Counted from the first letter of the stretch, positions 21,025 to 31,207 are shown. The stretch: 64,000 nucleotides of DNA from Bacteroidales bacterium (GCA_045534635.1 JAZSKB010000051.1:4663-68662); one strand, 5' to 3'. Notes: generated by a model from the letters alone, not told the origin. A program made the numbers and translations.

Positions 21025-22179
21025 CTAATTTCCTAAAAATCCTAATAAAAGACCTGCTGCTACAGCACTACCAATAACACCTGCAACATTAGGAGCCATT
21101 GCGTGCATTAATAAATAATTAGATTTATCATAATGCATACCTACTTCTTGTGATACACGAGCAGCATCTGGAACAGCAGAAACTCCAGCATTACCAATCA
21201 AAGGATTTATTTTTTTACCTTCTTTCAAGAATAGATTCCAGAATTTTACAAACAAAACACCTGCCATTGTTGCAATAACAAATGAACCTGCTCCTAAACA
21301 GAAAATAAGAATAGATTTAGTTGTTAAGAATGTTGTTGCTTGAGTAGAAGCACCTACTGTTAATCCTAACAATATTGTAACAATATCAATAATTGCATTA
21401 CTTGCAGTATTTGCCAAACGTTTTGTAACTCCACATTCTTTCAACAAGTTACCAAAGAAAAGCATTCCCAACAAAGGAAGACCTGAAGGCACTAAAAATG
21501 TTGTTAACAACATTCCTGCGATAGGGAATAATATTTTTTCTGTTTGAGTACATGCTCTTGGTGTTGGCATTTTGATTAAACGTTCTTTTTTTGTGGTAAG
21601 CATTTTCATAATTGGCTGTTGAATTACTGGAACCAATGCCATATAAGAATATGCTGATACTGCAATTGCTCCCATTAAATCTGGAGCCAATTTGGAAGAT
21701 AAGAATATTGCGGTAGGACCATCAGCACCACCTATAATTCCAATTGCACCTGCTTCTGCGGGAGTAAACCCCAACAATGTTGCAATCATATAAGCACCAA
21801 AGATACCAAATTGAGCAGCTGCTCCAATAAGAACCAATTTAGGATTAGATATTAAAGCAGAAAAATCTGTCATAGCACCAATACCTAAAAATATTAATGG
21901 TGGATAAAATCCTTTTACCACTCCTATATAAAGATAACTCAATACAGAACCATCTTCATAAATTCCTATTTGATAACCTGGGGTAAATGGAATATTTCCA
22001 ATAAGAATACCAAAGCCTATTGGTACTAACAACATTGGTTCCCATTTTTTGTAAATACCCAAAAATAGGAATATCAAACCTACTACTATCATTATTATAT
22101 GTCCTGGTGTTGCATTTGCAAAACCTGTAAATGACAAAAACTGCTGAATATTTTCTACAATCGTTGAGGTAAAATTCAT
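21025..22179 (-). CDS. mmdB: Sodium-ion-translocating decarboxylase beta subunit
   Basis: 384 aa polytopic membrane protein with OadB/MmdB-type blocks (LLVPIGFG, GAAAQFGIF, IGGADGPT). Confidence 0.9.
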   Translation of the reverse strand: MNFTSTIVENIQQFLSFTGFANATPGHIIMIVVGLIFLFLGIYKKWEPMLLVPIGFGILIGNIPFTPGYQIGIYEDGSVLSYLYIGVVKGFYPPLIFLGIGAMTDFSALISNPKLVLIGAAAQFGIFGAYMIATLLGFTPAEAGAIGIIGGADGPTAIFLSSKLAPDLMGAIAVSAYSYMALVPVIQQPIMKMLTTKKERLIKMPTPRACTQTEKILFPIAGMLLTTFLVPSGLPLLGMLFFGNLLKECGVTKRLANTASNAIIDIVTILLGLTVGASTQATTFLTTKSILIFCLGAGSFVIATMAGVLFVKFWNLFLKEGKKINPLIGNAGVSAVPDAARVSQEVGMHYDKSNYLLMHAMAPNVAGVIGSAVAAGLLLGFLGN

Positions 22180-22183
22180 ATTC

Positions 22184-22618
22184 TTAACCGATTATAATTA
22201 ATACATCTCCTTCTTGAACACTATCACCTTTGCTAACTTTTATGGCTTTTACTACTCCATCGCGTTCAGCTTCAATAGTATTTTCCATTTTCATTGCTTC
22301 AAGCATTAATACTTTTTGACCTGATTTAATAGTATCTCCTACATTTACATTAATTTCAAGTATAACACCTGGTAGTGGTGATTTTAATGGTTTTTCATCA
22401 CCAGAAGCGGCAGGAGCGGGAGAACTTGCTGAAGCAGGAGTTGCTGCTGCTACAGTTGGTCGTGGACGAGCAATAGGAGCCGCTTGCATTACTGGTTGAT
22501 TTTCTACTTCTACTTTATAAACTACACCATTGACAGTTACCGATACATTTCCTTCACCAGCATCTTCTACTGATGTATTATAATCTGTTCCGTTAATTTT
22601 GAATTTATATTCTTTCAT
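22184..22618 (-). CDS. mmdC: Biotin carboxyl carrier subunit of the decarboxylase
   Basis: 144 aa. Ala/Pro-rich linker and the EAMKMEN biotinyl-lysine motif. Confidence 0.9.
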   Translation of the reverse strand: MKEYKFKINGTDYNTSVEDAGEGNVSVTVNGVVYKVEVENQPVMQAAPIARPRPTVAAATPASASSPAPAASGDEKPLKSPLPGVILEINVNVGDTIKSGQKVLMLEAMKMENTIEAERDGVVKAIKVSKGDSVQEGDVLIIIG

Positions 22619-22633
22619 TTCTTTAATATTTCT

Positions 22634-23614
22634 TTATTTTCTATTAGGTGATTTCTTCAAAACAAATGATTTGTTTGCCCAAGGACTTGTTTGGTTAAGA
22701 CCTCTTGACAAATTAAATCCCATTGGTTCTATTTCGTGCAAATCATTAAAATATAGATGTAAAGTCATTGCTACTGCAGCCATATCATTATCTGCTACGG
22801 TATTTTTGGTAGTAGATTCTTGAGTAATTTTTGTTGATTCTTCAGGTAATGTTTGTTTTTTAGTAAGTTGACGTTTAAAATATTTGCCTGTTAACATAAA
22901 TACTACTGCTACAAGAAGTAATAATGTAAATACAACAGACATAGATGTAAGTGTTATAATAAATCCATGAGGGTCTTTTTTGCCATATTTATCAGAACGA
23001 GATTCCATATCAACTTCTGCGTTCATCGCTTTAGGTGTAGGTTTGTTATAAATATGCCATTCTCTATCATTTTTTATATCTATCAACTTAGCAGGAGAAC
23101 CATCTTCTTTTGTAAATGATTCCATTCTTCCAAAAGACACACCTGGTTTTTGGTCTGCTATATTGTAAGAAACACTATCTATCAATTCAGCACCACTTTG
23201 GTCATATAATGCAAAATATCCACGTCCATCAATTGCTTCATCCATTGTAAAGTTTAGATGAAAAATACCACGTGTATCTTCATTTGATGCATATAACAAT
23301 ACAAATGTTTGGGGTGCTATATAAACACGATTATCATTTTTAGGAATACGATATTTTCTTGGATTTGATGGGTCATTTGTAACAAAACACCCTCCCAAAT
23401 TAACAGTAGAATAGCCTATGTTATAGATTTCTATCCAACCACATCTTTCACCAAATTCGTCAATACAATTACTGTCATTGAATACCAATACTTCATTGAT
23501 ACGAAGATTTTTAATCCCTTGGGCTTGCAATATACCAAGACTAAATGACATTGCTACGAATAAAACTATACTAACAATTCCTCTTCTCATATATGCTTTA
23601 CAATTACAAATCAA
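22634..23614 (-). CDS. Lamin-tail-domain protein fused to an OadG-like decarboxylase small subunit
   Basis: LRINEVL...LIDSVSY resembles an LTD. A TM helix is followed by the tail AAVAMTLHLY...SPWANK typical of Bacteroidales OadG-like subunits. The true start may be the MRRG codon at 23590. Confidence 0.6.
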   Translation of the reverse strand: MICNCKAYMRRGIVSIVLFVAMSFSLGILQAQGIKNLRINEVLVFNDSNCIDEFGERCGWIEIYNIGYSTVNLGGCFVTNDPSNPRKYRIPKNDNRVYIAPQTFVLLYASNEDTRGIFHLNFTMDEAIDGRGYFALYDQSGAELIDSVSYNIADQKPGVSFGRMESFTKEDGSPAKLIDIKNDREWHIYNKPTPKAMNAEVDMESRSDKYGKKDPHGFIITLTSMSVVFTLLLLVAVVFMLTGKYFKRQLTKKQTLPEESTKITQESTTKNTVADNDMAAVAMTLHLYFNDLHEIEPMGFNLSRGLNQTSPWANKSFVLKKSPNRK

Positions 23615-23652
23615 TTATTTACAAAAATATTACAAAAGATTTTTTAAGATTG

Positions 23653-23660
23653 CAAAGGTA
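23653..23660 (-). promoter_or_regulatory. -7 box (TACCTTTG, minus strand) for the mmd operon
   Basis: Exact TAnnTTTG match upstream of 23614. Confidence 0.5.
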
Positions 23661-23826
23661 TTCTTTTTTTTAATAAAAACCAAGTTTTACACAAAAAAAT
23701 CACAATTTATTTATCTTTCTCTTAGATAGTCTATTGTATTTTGTATTTTCATCAAATGAAAACCTATTTAAATTTCATTTTCAAAAAGAATGATATTAGA
23801 TAGGAATATTTATAGTAATTTTGTCA

Positions 23827-26325
23827 TTAAAATGGATATCCTATTCCAAAAACAATTGCTCTGTCGTTTCTAAAATCTTTATAAGATTTCCAATTAAAAT
23901 GTTGCCAAGATTGATTTCCAGCCAAGGCAGGATTGTGTATTTTGAGAGCATAATCCAAACGAAGGACAAAGAAAGACAAATCTAAACGAATTCCAATACC
24001 AGCATCTATAGCAATTTCTTTGTAAAAACGATTAAAAACAAATTCTCCATTTGGAAACTCTTTATTTGAACGCAATAACCATACATTACCAGCATCAACA
24101 AAAAGAGCAGCATTCAAAACTTTATAAATCTTAAAACGATATTCTAAATTGAGTTCTAATTTTATATCTCCAACATTTTCTATTACAAAAGTAGAAGCCG
24201 AAGTATCGATATATCCTCCTGGTCCAAGTGTTCGTAAACGCCATGCCCTCATAGAATTAGAACCTCCTAAATAAAAACTTTTTTCAAAAGGCAAAGACTG
24301 AGAGTTCAAAATAGGAATGCCAAGACCTGCCGCAGCATGAAAAACCATCATTTGTTTTTTTGTACGGAAAATATTATAAACAATATCTACATCAGCAGTA
24401 ATGCCACTTGCAAAAGGAATTTTCCATATTACGTATTGACCATATTCATTCAATTGTTTAGAAGTATGTTTTCCCAAAGCATTCATAATACCATAAAGAA
24501 TATTACCATACCAATCTATATTAGTTTTTAATACCATTTTGTTCGCATTTTGTAATATAAATTCATAATTGCTACCCAAAATAAAATGGTCTTTGTATTT
24601 TTCTAAAATACGTCTTGTAAAATGATAACGGGCAACCGCTTCCTCAAAATCGGGTGCTGGATACATTTTAATAATACTTAAATCTACAACGGAAATAGAA
24701 TGGTCTATCCGCCACGCTCTATTTTTGCCAACACGTCTTCCCAATTTATATGTAAAACCAATATTTGTCAAAAATCTATCATAATAATCTTGACGCATAT
24801 AGTTGGCAGTCAATTGGATAAGTGTTTTTATACGAAAAGATTTTGAAATATTTTGTTGTTTTATAGGAAAAAGAAATCGAGGAATTTCCAATCCGAGCGT
24901 TCCTCCTAATTCAAAATTACGAAAACGAAATCGGGAGCTATCATTTTGCAATTCGTGAGTATATTTTAAGGTAAAAGAAAGAATTTCTGCACCTTTGAAT
25001 ACATTTCTATTCATCAATGTTAAACTACCTCCAATACCAATTCTTGAACCTGTATTTTTCAATAAAGCATCAAAGCCCATTGTTCGTTTTTTTCCTCTAA
25101 TGAGTTGAATACGACAATCTAAAGAACCTGTATCCGACATATAATCCTTTTTGCTTTCAGGTGTTTCGGCATAAAGAATTTTAATAAAATCGAAATTACG
25201 CATATCGGAATAACGGTCGTAAGTCAATTGTGAACGTCTTGAAGAATAAAGCATTCCTTTTTTAAAACGAAGAGGATAAACTATACTTTTTGGTAAATAC
25301 GATTTTGTATGATTGTAATATATAGTATATTCATTTGTATCTATTTTACGAACAATTTCTCTATATTTTATAGTTTTAACATTGGAAATATCAGCCATAT
25401 TTGATACACCTTCAAATATGCTAATTGTATTTATTTTATATTTACGATGTTTGCCTACAACAATAGAACTATCTTCTAATTGGTATTTTGGATTGTCAAT
25501 TATTATCTGAACATTTAAAAGATGATTGCCAATATTGGTATCTATTTTGTAATGAATATAATTTTTATCAAAAAAATAGTAACCTCTATTTTGCATTGTT
25601 GTAACAATACGTTCTTGTTCTTGAGTAAAAATATCTACACTATAAATATCTCCACGATGAATATATCTACGTAAAGTATCTCTAAGCACTAAATTGTAAA
25701 TATTGCTATCGGGAATTTCATAATTTATGGCATTAATACGATAAGGTTCTCCCGCCTTAACATAATAATATACTTTTGCTTTTTTCCATTTGTATTTAAC
25801 TTCATTGGTTACAACAGAATTGAAATAACCATTGTTGAACATCATTAAACGAATTTGAGCCATAGAATAACTCAACATCGAAGTATCTAACAATACAGGC
25901 TCTTCACCAAAATTGGTTTGTATCCACAAATAAATATTTTGTTTTTTTTGTCGATAATAATCATTTGTAGCGGTATCTAAAATAACAGGATATTTTCCCA
26001 AGGTTGCTCGAAGTTTTTTTTGCAAAGAAGACAATTGGTCATTATCTATTTTTCTTTGCATTTGCTGATAAATACCAACACTCCATGGAAAAATTCCAAA
26101 AGTTTTTTTGTTGGTTTTCGGTCTAACGGCATATACCAAATCTGAAGCGACATCAATATTTTTGCCTTCCTGAACAATAACTTTATTTTTTTCCAATAAA
26201 TATTCACCATTGGCTAAATATTTTTCTGGTGAACATGAAAAAAAAGAATATGCAAGTACCGCAATAAACAATAGATATTGCCATTTAAATGTATTACAAC
26301 TTGAATATTCTATTTTTTTTGACAT
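23827..26325 (-). CDS. Omp85 superfamily (BamA/TamA-like) outer membrane protein
   Basis: 832 aa with a signal peptide. The C-terminal beta-barrel region ends in ...FGIGYPF, an aromatic terminal residue. Confidence 0.65.
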   Translation of the reverse strand: MSKKIEYSSCNTFKWQYLLFIAVLAYSFFSCSPEKYLANGEYLLEKNKVIVQEGKNIDVASDLVYAVRPKTNKKTFGIFPWSVGIYQQMQRKIDNDQLSSLQKKLRATLGKYPVILDTATNDYYRQKKQNIYLWIQTNFGEEPVLLDTSMLSYSMAQIRLMMFNNGYFNSVVTNEVKYKWKKAKVYYYVKAGEPYRINAINYEIPDSNIYNLVLRDTLRRYIHRGDIYSVDIFTQEQERIVTTMQNRGYYFFDKNYIHYKIDTNIGNHLLNVQIIIDNPKYQLEDSSIVVGKHRKYKINTISIFEGVSNMADISNVKTIKYREIVRKIDTNEYTIYYNHTKSYLPKSIVYPLRFKKGMLYSSRRSQLTYDRYSDMRNFDFIKILYAETPESKKDYMSDTGSLDCRIQLIRGKKRTMGFDALLKNTGSRIGIGGSLTLMNRNVFKGAEILSFTLKYTHELQNDSSRFRFRNFELGGTLGLEIPRFLFPIKQQNISKSFRIKTLIQLTANYMRQDYYDRFLTNIGFTYKLGRRVGKNRAWRIDHSISVVDLSIIKMYPAPDFEEAVARYHFTRRILEKYKDHFILGSNYEFILQNANKMVLKTNIDWYGNILYGIMNALGKHTSKQLNEYGQYVIWKIPFASGITADVDIVYNIFRTKKQMMVFHAAAGLGIPILNSQSLPFEKSFYLGGSNSMRAWRLRTLGPGGYIDTSASTFVIENVGDIKLELNLEYRFKIYKVLNAALFVDAGNVWLLRSNKEFPNGEFVFNRFYKEIAIDAGIGIRLDLSFFVLRLDYALKIHNPALAGNQSWQHFNWKSYKDFRNDRAIVFGIGYPF

Positions 26326-26984
26326 TAACGCATATCAATTATATCAACATTAGGATAAGTGGCAGAATCAAAACAAAATTCATTGTCTGCAATTTTTTGA
26401 TTGACAACAAATTTTTCTATAATATAATTATATTTTGTGCCATCTTTTTCGGAAATTACAGAACGTTTGATTTGACATTTTGTTTTATCAATAATCAAGC
26501 GGACCCTTGCAATAGAACTTGTTTTCAAAGGGATTAAATCAATAATTTGTACCAAAACACCTTTTTCTGTCTGTTCTCGAATAAACATAGAACGATAATT
26601 TTTTTCATAATCTTTTACCATTTTAATAGGGTTTAATTGTTCGGTATCGTTAGAATCGTAAGGAACAATGGTTACCTCTTGTTGTTCAGGTAGATATGTC
26701 CATACCGATTTTGTATTACAAAATATTTTTTGTGTTTCTGTATCAAGACAATAACTATCTCCTTTAATATGTATTTTTCCTTTTATTTCAGAAAGTATTT
26801 TTTCATTTTTTTCTGTTTGAAACACAAAATCAATACTTATCGTAGAATAGTTGGTCATTTTTTTCATCAAAGATTTTAAAATAGCAACGGCTTGTTCATC
26901 AACAAATTTATTAGTTTGAGATGATTGTGCAGCTATTGTTAACGACCCCAATGCCATTATTGCGAATAAAACTACTTTCTTCAT
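26325..26984 (-). CDS. LolA-like outer-membrane lipoprotein carrier family protein
   Basis: Likely start MKKVVLFAIMALGSLTIAAQS. Size and position next to ftsK match the common Bacteroidota ftsK-lolA arrangement. Confidence 0.6.
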   Translation of the reverse strand: MKKVVLFAIMALGSLTIAAQSSQTNKFVDEQAVAILKSLMKKMTNYSTISIDFVFQTEKNEKILSEIKGKIHIKGDSYCLDTETQKIFCNTKSVWTYLPEQQEVTIVPYDSNDTEQLNPIKMVKDYEKNYRSMFIREQTEKGVLVQIIDLIPLKTSSIARVRLIIDKTKCQIKRSVISEKDGTKYNYIIEKFVVNQKIADNEFCFDSATYPNVDIIDMR

Positions 26985-27031
26985 ATCAAAATTCCTCCTT
27001 TGTTTATTATACGACAAAATCATTCCAAAGT

Positions 27032-29788
27032 TTAATTTCCATTCTTAATTTTTAATTGTTCTTCCAAATCTTGAATATTTATAATACGAACTTCGCGAAC
27101 TTTACTACCGATAGAAGGACCTACAATACCTTCTCTTTCAAGTTGGTCCATTATTCTTCCTGCTCTATTGTAACCTATTTTAAATTTACGTTGCAAGAAA
27201 GATGTTGAACCTTGTTGTTTTTCTACAACTTCACGAGCGGCATCATCGAACAAGGGGTCAAATTCGCCATCATCTGCCTGTTGTATAGTGGTTTCCGAAG
27301 CATCATCTGCCACTTCTGGCAATAAAAAGGCATCGGTATAACCATGTTGTTCTCCGATAAAAGCACATATTTTTTCTACTTCCGGAGTGTCAACAAGTGC
27401 ACATTGTACACGAGTAATATTACTACCTGTAGATATTAACATATCGCCTCGACCTATTAAATTGTTGGCACCAGTAGCATCTAAAATTGTTCGTGAGTCT
27501 ATTTTTGAAGATACCTTAAAAGCAATTCTCGCTGGGAAATTTGCTTTGATAATACCTGTAATAATATTTACAGAAGGACGTTGTGTTGCAATAATCAAAT
27601 GAATGCCTATTGCTCTTGCCAATTGTGCCAAACGGGCAATTGGTTGTTCTACTTCTCTTCCTGCTGTCATAATACAATCGGCAAATTCATCAAATACCAA
27701 TACAATATATGGAAGAAAACGATGTCCATTTTCTGGATTAAGACATCTTTTTTTGAATTTTTCGTTGTATTCTATAATATTTCTACATTCGGCACTTTTC
27801 AACAATTCGTACCGCATATCCATTTCGTTGCACAATGAATTTAATGTTTTTACTACTTTTTTAGTGTCGGTAATAATTGCTTCGGCAGAATCGGGTAATT
27901 TTGCTAAATAATGTCTTTCTATTCGTGCATACAATGTTAGTTCTACCTTTTTGGGGTCAACTAAAACAAATTTCAATTCGGCAGGATGTTTTTTGTACAA
28001 CAAAGATGTTAATACGGCGTTTAAACCTACCGATTTCCCTTGTCCGGTGGCTCCTGCCATTAAAACGTGAGGCATTTTTGCCAAATCGAAAACAAATACT
28101 TCATCGGAAATGGTTTTGCCTATTGCTATTGGCAATGCCATTTTTTCACTATTTTGAAATTTTTCTGATAAAATACATGTTTTCATTGGAACTATTTGAG
28201 GTGTTGTATTGGGAACTTCTATACCTATTGTTCCTTTGCCCGGTATTGGTGCAATAATTCTTATTCCTAATGCTGAAAGGCTCAAAGCAATATCATCTTC
28301 CAAATTTTTAATTTTAGAAATACGAATGCCCGGAGCAGGAACAATTTCATACAATGTAATGGTTGGTCCTTCTATTGCACTTATACTGGATATTTGTATT
28401 TTGTATGTTTCTAATGTATCTTTGATACGTTGTTTGTTTTTTGCTATTTCTGCAATTTTTTCTTCTTTTGTGCGAGTTACATTTGCATAATCTTCCAAAA
28501 AATCTGAACTTGGAAATTGAAAATTAGGCAATTCTGCACGAGGGTCGAATGGTCCAAATCTTGCACACAAGTCTTCGGCTGTCGTTAATTCTTCTCTTGT
28601 ATATTCTATTGGTTCTAATGATTCTTTATCAACATTTTGTTCTTCTTCTGTTTCTTCTGTTGGAATATCTACCACTTCATTGAACATTATTTGTTCATCA
28701 GTTGTTTCTTGAGATAAAATTTCTTCTTCTGTATCATCCAAAAGCACATCTTGACCGCCAAAAGTATCATTTTCAGGATATTCTTCTAAAATATTTTCTT
28801 TAGGCAATTCTACTGTTGTTACAGAAAATGTTAAACGTTCATCAATGGATATTTCTTCATTATTAATATCCTCTTTTTCTTTTAAAGAGGCTATATTCTC
28901 TTCTTTTAAAGATGGTTCTTCCGTTTTTTCTTCTTCTAAATTTATTTGTTTTTTCTTTTTTCTAAACAATTTTGTCCAAATACTCGGTTGTGACAATTGA
29001 GGTTTTTCTATTGTTTCTTCTGGTAAAGTTAAATCAGATGTTGTTTTATTTGTTTGTTCTGGTATTTCTTCGTCAATATCTTCGCATGTTGATTTTTTAT
29101 TTTTTATCAACAATTGCCAACCTCCTAATATTATCAAAATTGCTGAAGCATAAAATAATAGAAGTAAAATTACTCCAATAAAACCTATTTTTTGTTCTAA
29201 ATATAAAAATACATCTTGACATATTTCTCCACTACTCCATTCCGCAATATTGATAGTTGCCGAAAACAACGAAACCCAAATAATAATTGCAATTGTTATT
29301 ACTGTCGTTTTAAACAAAGGCAATATTGATACTTTAAACATCAATCGTACTGCATATAAGAAAAATAATAACAATACTCCAAATGCGGCTATCCCAAACC
29401 ATTTTTTTATAAATAAAAATGAAAAATACATACCCAAAACACCCAACATGTTTTTTACTCTTCCGTCTGCATTGATTTGGAAAAGATTGGTATTGAACAA
29501 ACTATCATCTGCATCGTGGGTGCCTAAAAAAGAAATAAAAGATAATAAAAGAAAAAAAGTAAATATTAACAAAAATAAACCATTCAACACCTTAAATGTG
29601 TCGGATTTCACAAATGCTAAAAAACTTGAACCCTTACTTGTAGATTTTTGTCCTTTGGAGGTGCTTTTTTGGGAAGAACGTTTATTTTTTACTTTCTTTT
29701 TCTTTTCGCCTTTCTCCAACTTTACAGCGGTTTTAGCAACTTGTTTCGACTGATTTACATTTACTTGAAACCTTTCTTTATTCGACAT
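27032..29788 (-). CDS. ftsK: DNA translocase FtsK/SpoIIIE
   Basis: 918 aa with N-terminal TM helices and an acidic linker. Walker A is GATGQGKS, the motor domain is present, and there is a C-terminal winged-helix gamma domain (LQRKFKIGYNRAGRIMDQLE). Confidence 0.93.
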   Translation of the reverse strand: MSNKERFQVNVNQSKQVAKTAVKLEKGEKKKKVKNKRSSQKSTSKGQKSTSKGSSFLAFVKSDTFKVLNGLFLLIFTFFLLLSFISFLGTHDADDSLFNTNLFQINADGRVKNMLGVLGMYFSFLFIKKWFGIAAFGVLLLFFLYAVRLMFKVSILPLFKTTVITIAIIIWVSLFSATINIAEWSSGEICQDVFLYLEQKIGFIGVILLLLFYASAILIILGGWQLLIKNKKSTCEDIDEEIPEQTNKTTSDLTLPEETIEKPQLSQPSIWTKLFRKKKKQINLEEEKTEEPSLKEENIASLKEKEDINNEEISIDERLTFSVTTVELPKENILEEYPENDTFGGQDVLLDDTEEEILSQETTDEQIMFNEVVDIPTEETEEEQNVDKESLEPIEYTREELTTAEDLCARFGPFDPRAELPNFQFPSSDFLEDYANVTRTKEEKIAEIAKNKQRIKDTLETYKIQISSISAIEGPTITLYEIVPAPGIRISKIKNLEDDIALSLSALGIRIIAPIPGKGTIGIEVPNTTPQIVPMKTCILSEKFQNSEKMALPIAIGKTISDEVFVFDLAKMPHVLMAGATGQGKSVGLNAVLTSLLYKKHPAELKFVLVDPKKVELTLYARIERHYLAKLPDSAEAIITDTKKVVKTLNSLCNEMDMRYELLKSAECRNIIEYNEKFKKRCLNPENGHRFLPYIVLVFDEFADCIMTAGREVEQPIARLAQLARAIGIHLIIATQRPSVNIITGIIKANFPARIAFKVSSKIDSRTILDATGANNLIGRGDMLISTGSNITRVQCALVDTPEVEKICAFIGEQHGYTDAFLLPEVADDASETTIQQADDGEFDPLFDDAAREVVEKQQGSTSFLQRKFKIGYNRAGRIMDQLEREGIVGPSIGSKVREVRIINIQDLEEQLKIKNGN

Positions 29789-29867
29789 GTGTAATCAACT
29801 CAAAAATAAATAAAACATTTATTATCAAATAATTATATATTTGTATCTATACAAAATACTCATTTTA

Positions 29868-29875
29868 CAAAGATA
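29868..29875 (-). promoter_or_regulatory. -7 box (TATCTTTG, minus strand) for ftsK
   Basis: Exact TAnnTTTG match ~80 nt upstream of the ftsK ATG. Confidence 0.45.
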
Positions 29876-30081
29876 ATTATTTGATATAATGAGATAATTC
29901 GCTCTAATTATAAATTGTAAACAACGGGGTGTTAATTAATAATGGATAAATACAAAGAGACAAGATACAAAATATTGTTTGTTGATGAGAGCAGATAGGA
30001 AAGATTTTCCAAGATAGACAATCCATTGGAAAAATTGTCAAAAGTATAGAAGAAAGTAGGTTTCGTATTAATTTTTTTTTG

Positions 30082-30089
30082 TATCTTTG
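30082..30089 (+). promoter_or_regulatory. -7 box (TATCTTTG) driving leader repeat copy 1 and gene 30210..31064
   Basis: Exact TAnnTTTG match directly 5' of the conserved leader. Confidence 0.5.
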
Positions 30090-30096
30090 CAAAATG

Positions 30097-30185
30097 AAAC
30101 AACCTTTTTGTTGTGGTTTAGATGGTTCTAAATGCAACCTCAGCTGTCAAAACTGCGGTAAAAGGTAAAGAAGTAAAAATTAGAG
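30097..30185 (+). repeat. Leader repeat R1, copy 1
   Basis: AAACAACCTTTTTGTTGTGGTTTAGATGG...CTCAGCTGTCAAAACTGCGGTAAAAGGTAAAGAAGTAAAAATTAGAG. It ends 25 nt before the ATG at 30210. Copies are at 36259 and 37967. Confidence 0.8.
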
Positions 30186-30209
30186 AGTACCAAAATACCA
30201 CAACCATTC

Positions 30210-31064
30210 ATGAAAGAACTATTTTTTTACATACGATTTGTCTTGTTGCTAATCCTCCCTTGTTTTTCCGCCAAAGCACAAACAGAACGCCACCCGCTTT
30301 GTGACAGTCTGTATAAACATTCGGGAACCTTCTCCGCCGACTCCTCCGTCTACAGTATGCGGATTGGCGACCGAACAATAGACTTCCCTTTATCGTTCAA
30401 AACATGGTGGGGACGAGCATATAGTGCTGAAACCACTTTCGTTGAAAATGGCACCATCTACATCTTCCGTGAGTACTCTTTTAATATTAATTTGGAGACA
30501 CCATGTATTTGCACATCTTTCTATTACATCATCCCTCACAAACATGCAGACCATCCTTCCCACCTGCAAAAAATGTTTTACCGCTGGGAAGACAGTACTT
30601 CATATTTCACCGAATCGGTCAATTACATCTATGAAGCGGGTGTAACGCTTGCACATAACAACTTAAGGGACATGCCACGACACTGGTACCCAATCAAAAA
30701 ATACGACGGAAAGTATTATCTCAGCATAGATTACCCCTATATGACCGAACTGTGCGACAGTGTTGAGGTATTTCACGGAATGGAACTATCCGTTTTACCC
30801 ATCCGGAATGTGTCGAAACAGGGCAACAATTACCATTATGAACTCTGTAACCTGTACGACAACAACAAGTGGTATCGTGTCACACTCTCTCCCTACCAGA
30901 ACAACAAAATGCTGTGGGTTCGCACCGTGGAAAATCCGGATGGAAAAATCAAAAAAGAATTAATGACGACGGAAAAACATGTCCAGCACTTCGACCTGAT
31001 AGAATGGGAATCCAGTGATCATATACCGAATGGACTTGAACACTATGACAAAATTGATTTTTAA
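30210..31064 (+). CDS. Hypothetical secreted protein (island cassette)
   Basis: 284 aa with signal peptide FVLLLILPCFSAKAQ. No domain recognised. GC-richer than the backbone. Confidence 0.55.
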   Translation: MKELFFYIRFVLLLILPCFSAKAQTERHPLCDSLYKHSGTFSADSSVYSMRIGDRTIDFPLSFKTWWGRAYSAETTFVENGTIYIFREYSFNINLETPCICTSFYYIIPHKHADHPSHLQKMFYRWEDSTSYFTESVNYIYEAGVTLAHNNLRDMPRHWYPIKKYDGKYYLSIDYPYMTELCDSVEVFHGMELSVLPIRNVSKQGNNYHYELCNLYDNNKWYRVTLSPYQNNKMLWVRTVENPDGKIKKELMTTEKHVQHFDLIEWESSDHIPNGLEHYDKIDF

Positions 31065-31101
31065 CAGATACATCTCCATAATAACCATTGTGAACTATAT
31101 T

Positions 31102-31132
31102 CTTTCATTATGTAAAAATAACATAATGAAAG
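31102..31132. terminator. Bidirectional hairpin between convergent island genes
   Basis: 11-bp perfect stem CTTTCATTATG/CATAATGAAAG. Confidence 0.55.
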
Positions 31133-31207
31133 TAATTGTTTTTGTCTTATCATTGCATATTGTTTATAAAAACATCTTTGACAAATCTTTTCACAATGGT
31201 GGTGTTG

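Noticed and set aside
30108-30138. GTTGTGGTTTAGATGGTTCTAAATGCAAC in leader copy 1 begins GTTG and ends CAAC, like some Bacteroidota CRISPR direct repeats.
   Set aside because: There is no tandem repeat-spacer array. The three copies lie kilobases apart, each next to a gene start or terminator, and no cas genes are in the window.
30094-30168. A 24-codon Cys-rich micro-ORF (MKQPFCCGLDGSKCNLSCQNCGKR) lies inside leader copy 1, which could be a RiPP-like peptide or a uORF.
   Set aside because: Copy 2 has ATA instead of ATG and an in-frame stop. Copies 2 and 3 carry a 1-nt insertion that breaks the frame. Conservation is therefore at nucleotide level, not peptide level. The ATG also sits at about the predicted transcription start.
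30122-30304. A 60-aa ORF spans leader copy 1 and the 5' end of gene 30210..31064.
   Set aside because: It is out of frame with the better-supported signal-peptide gene and covers a non-coding repeat, so it is spurious.
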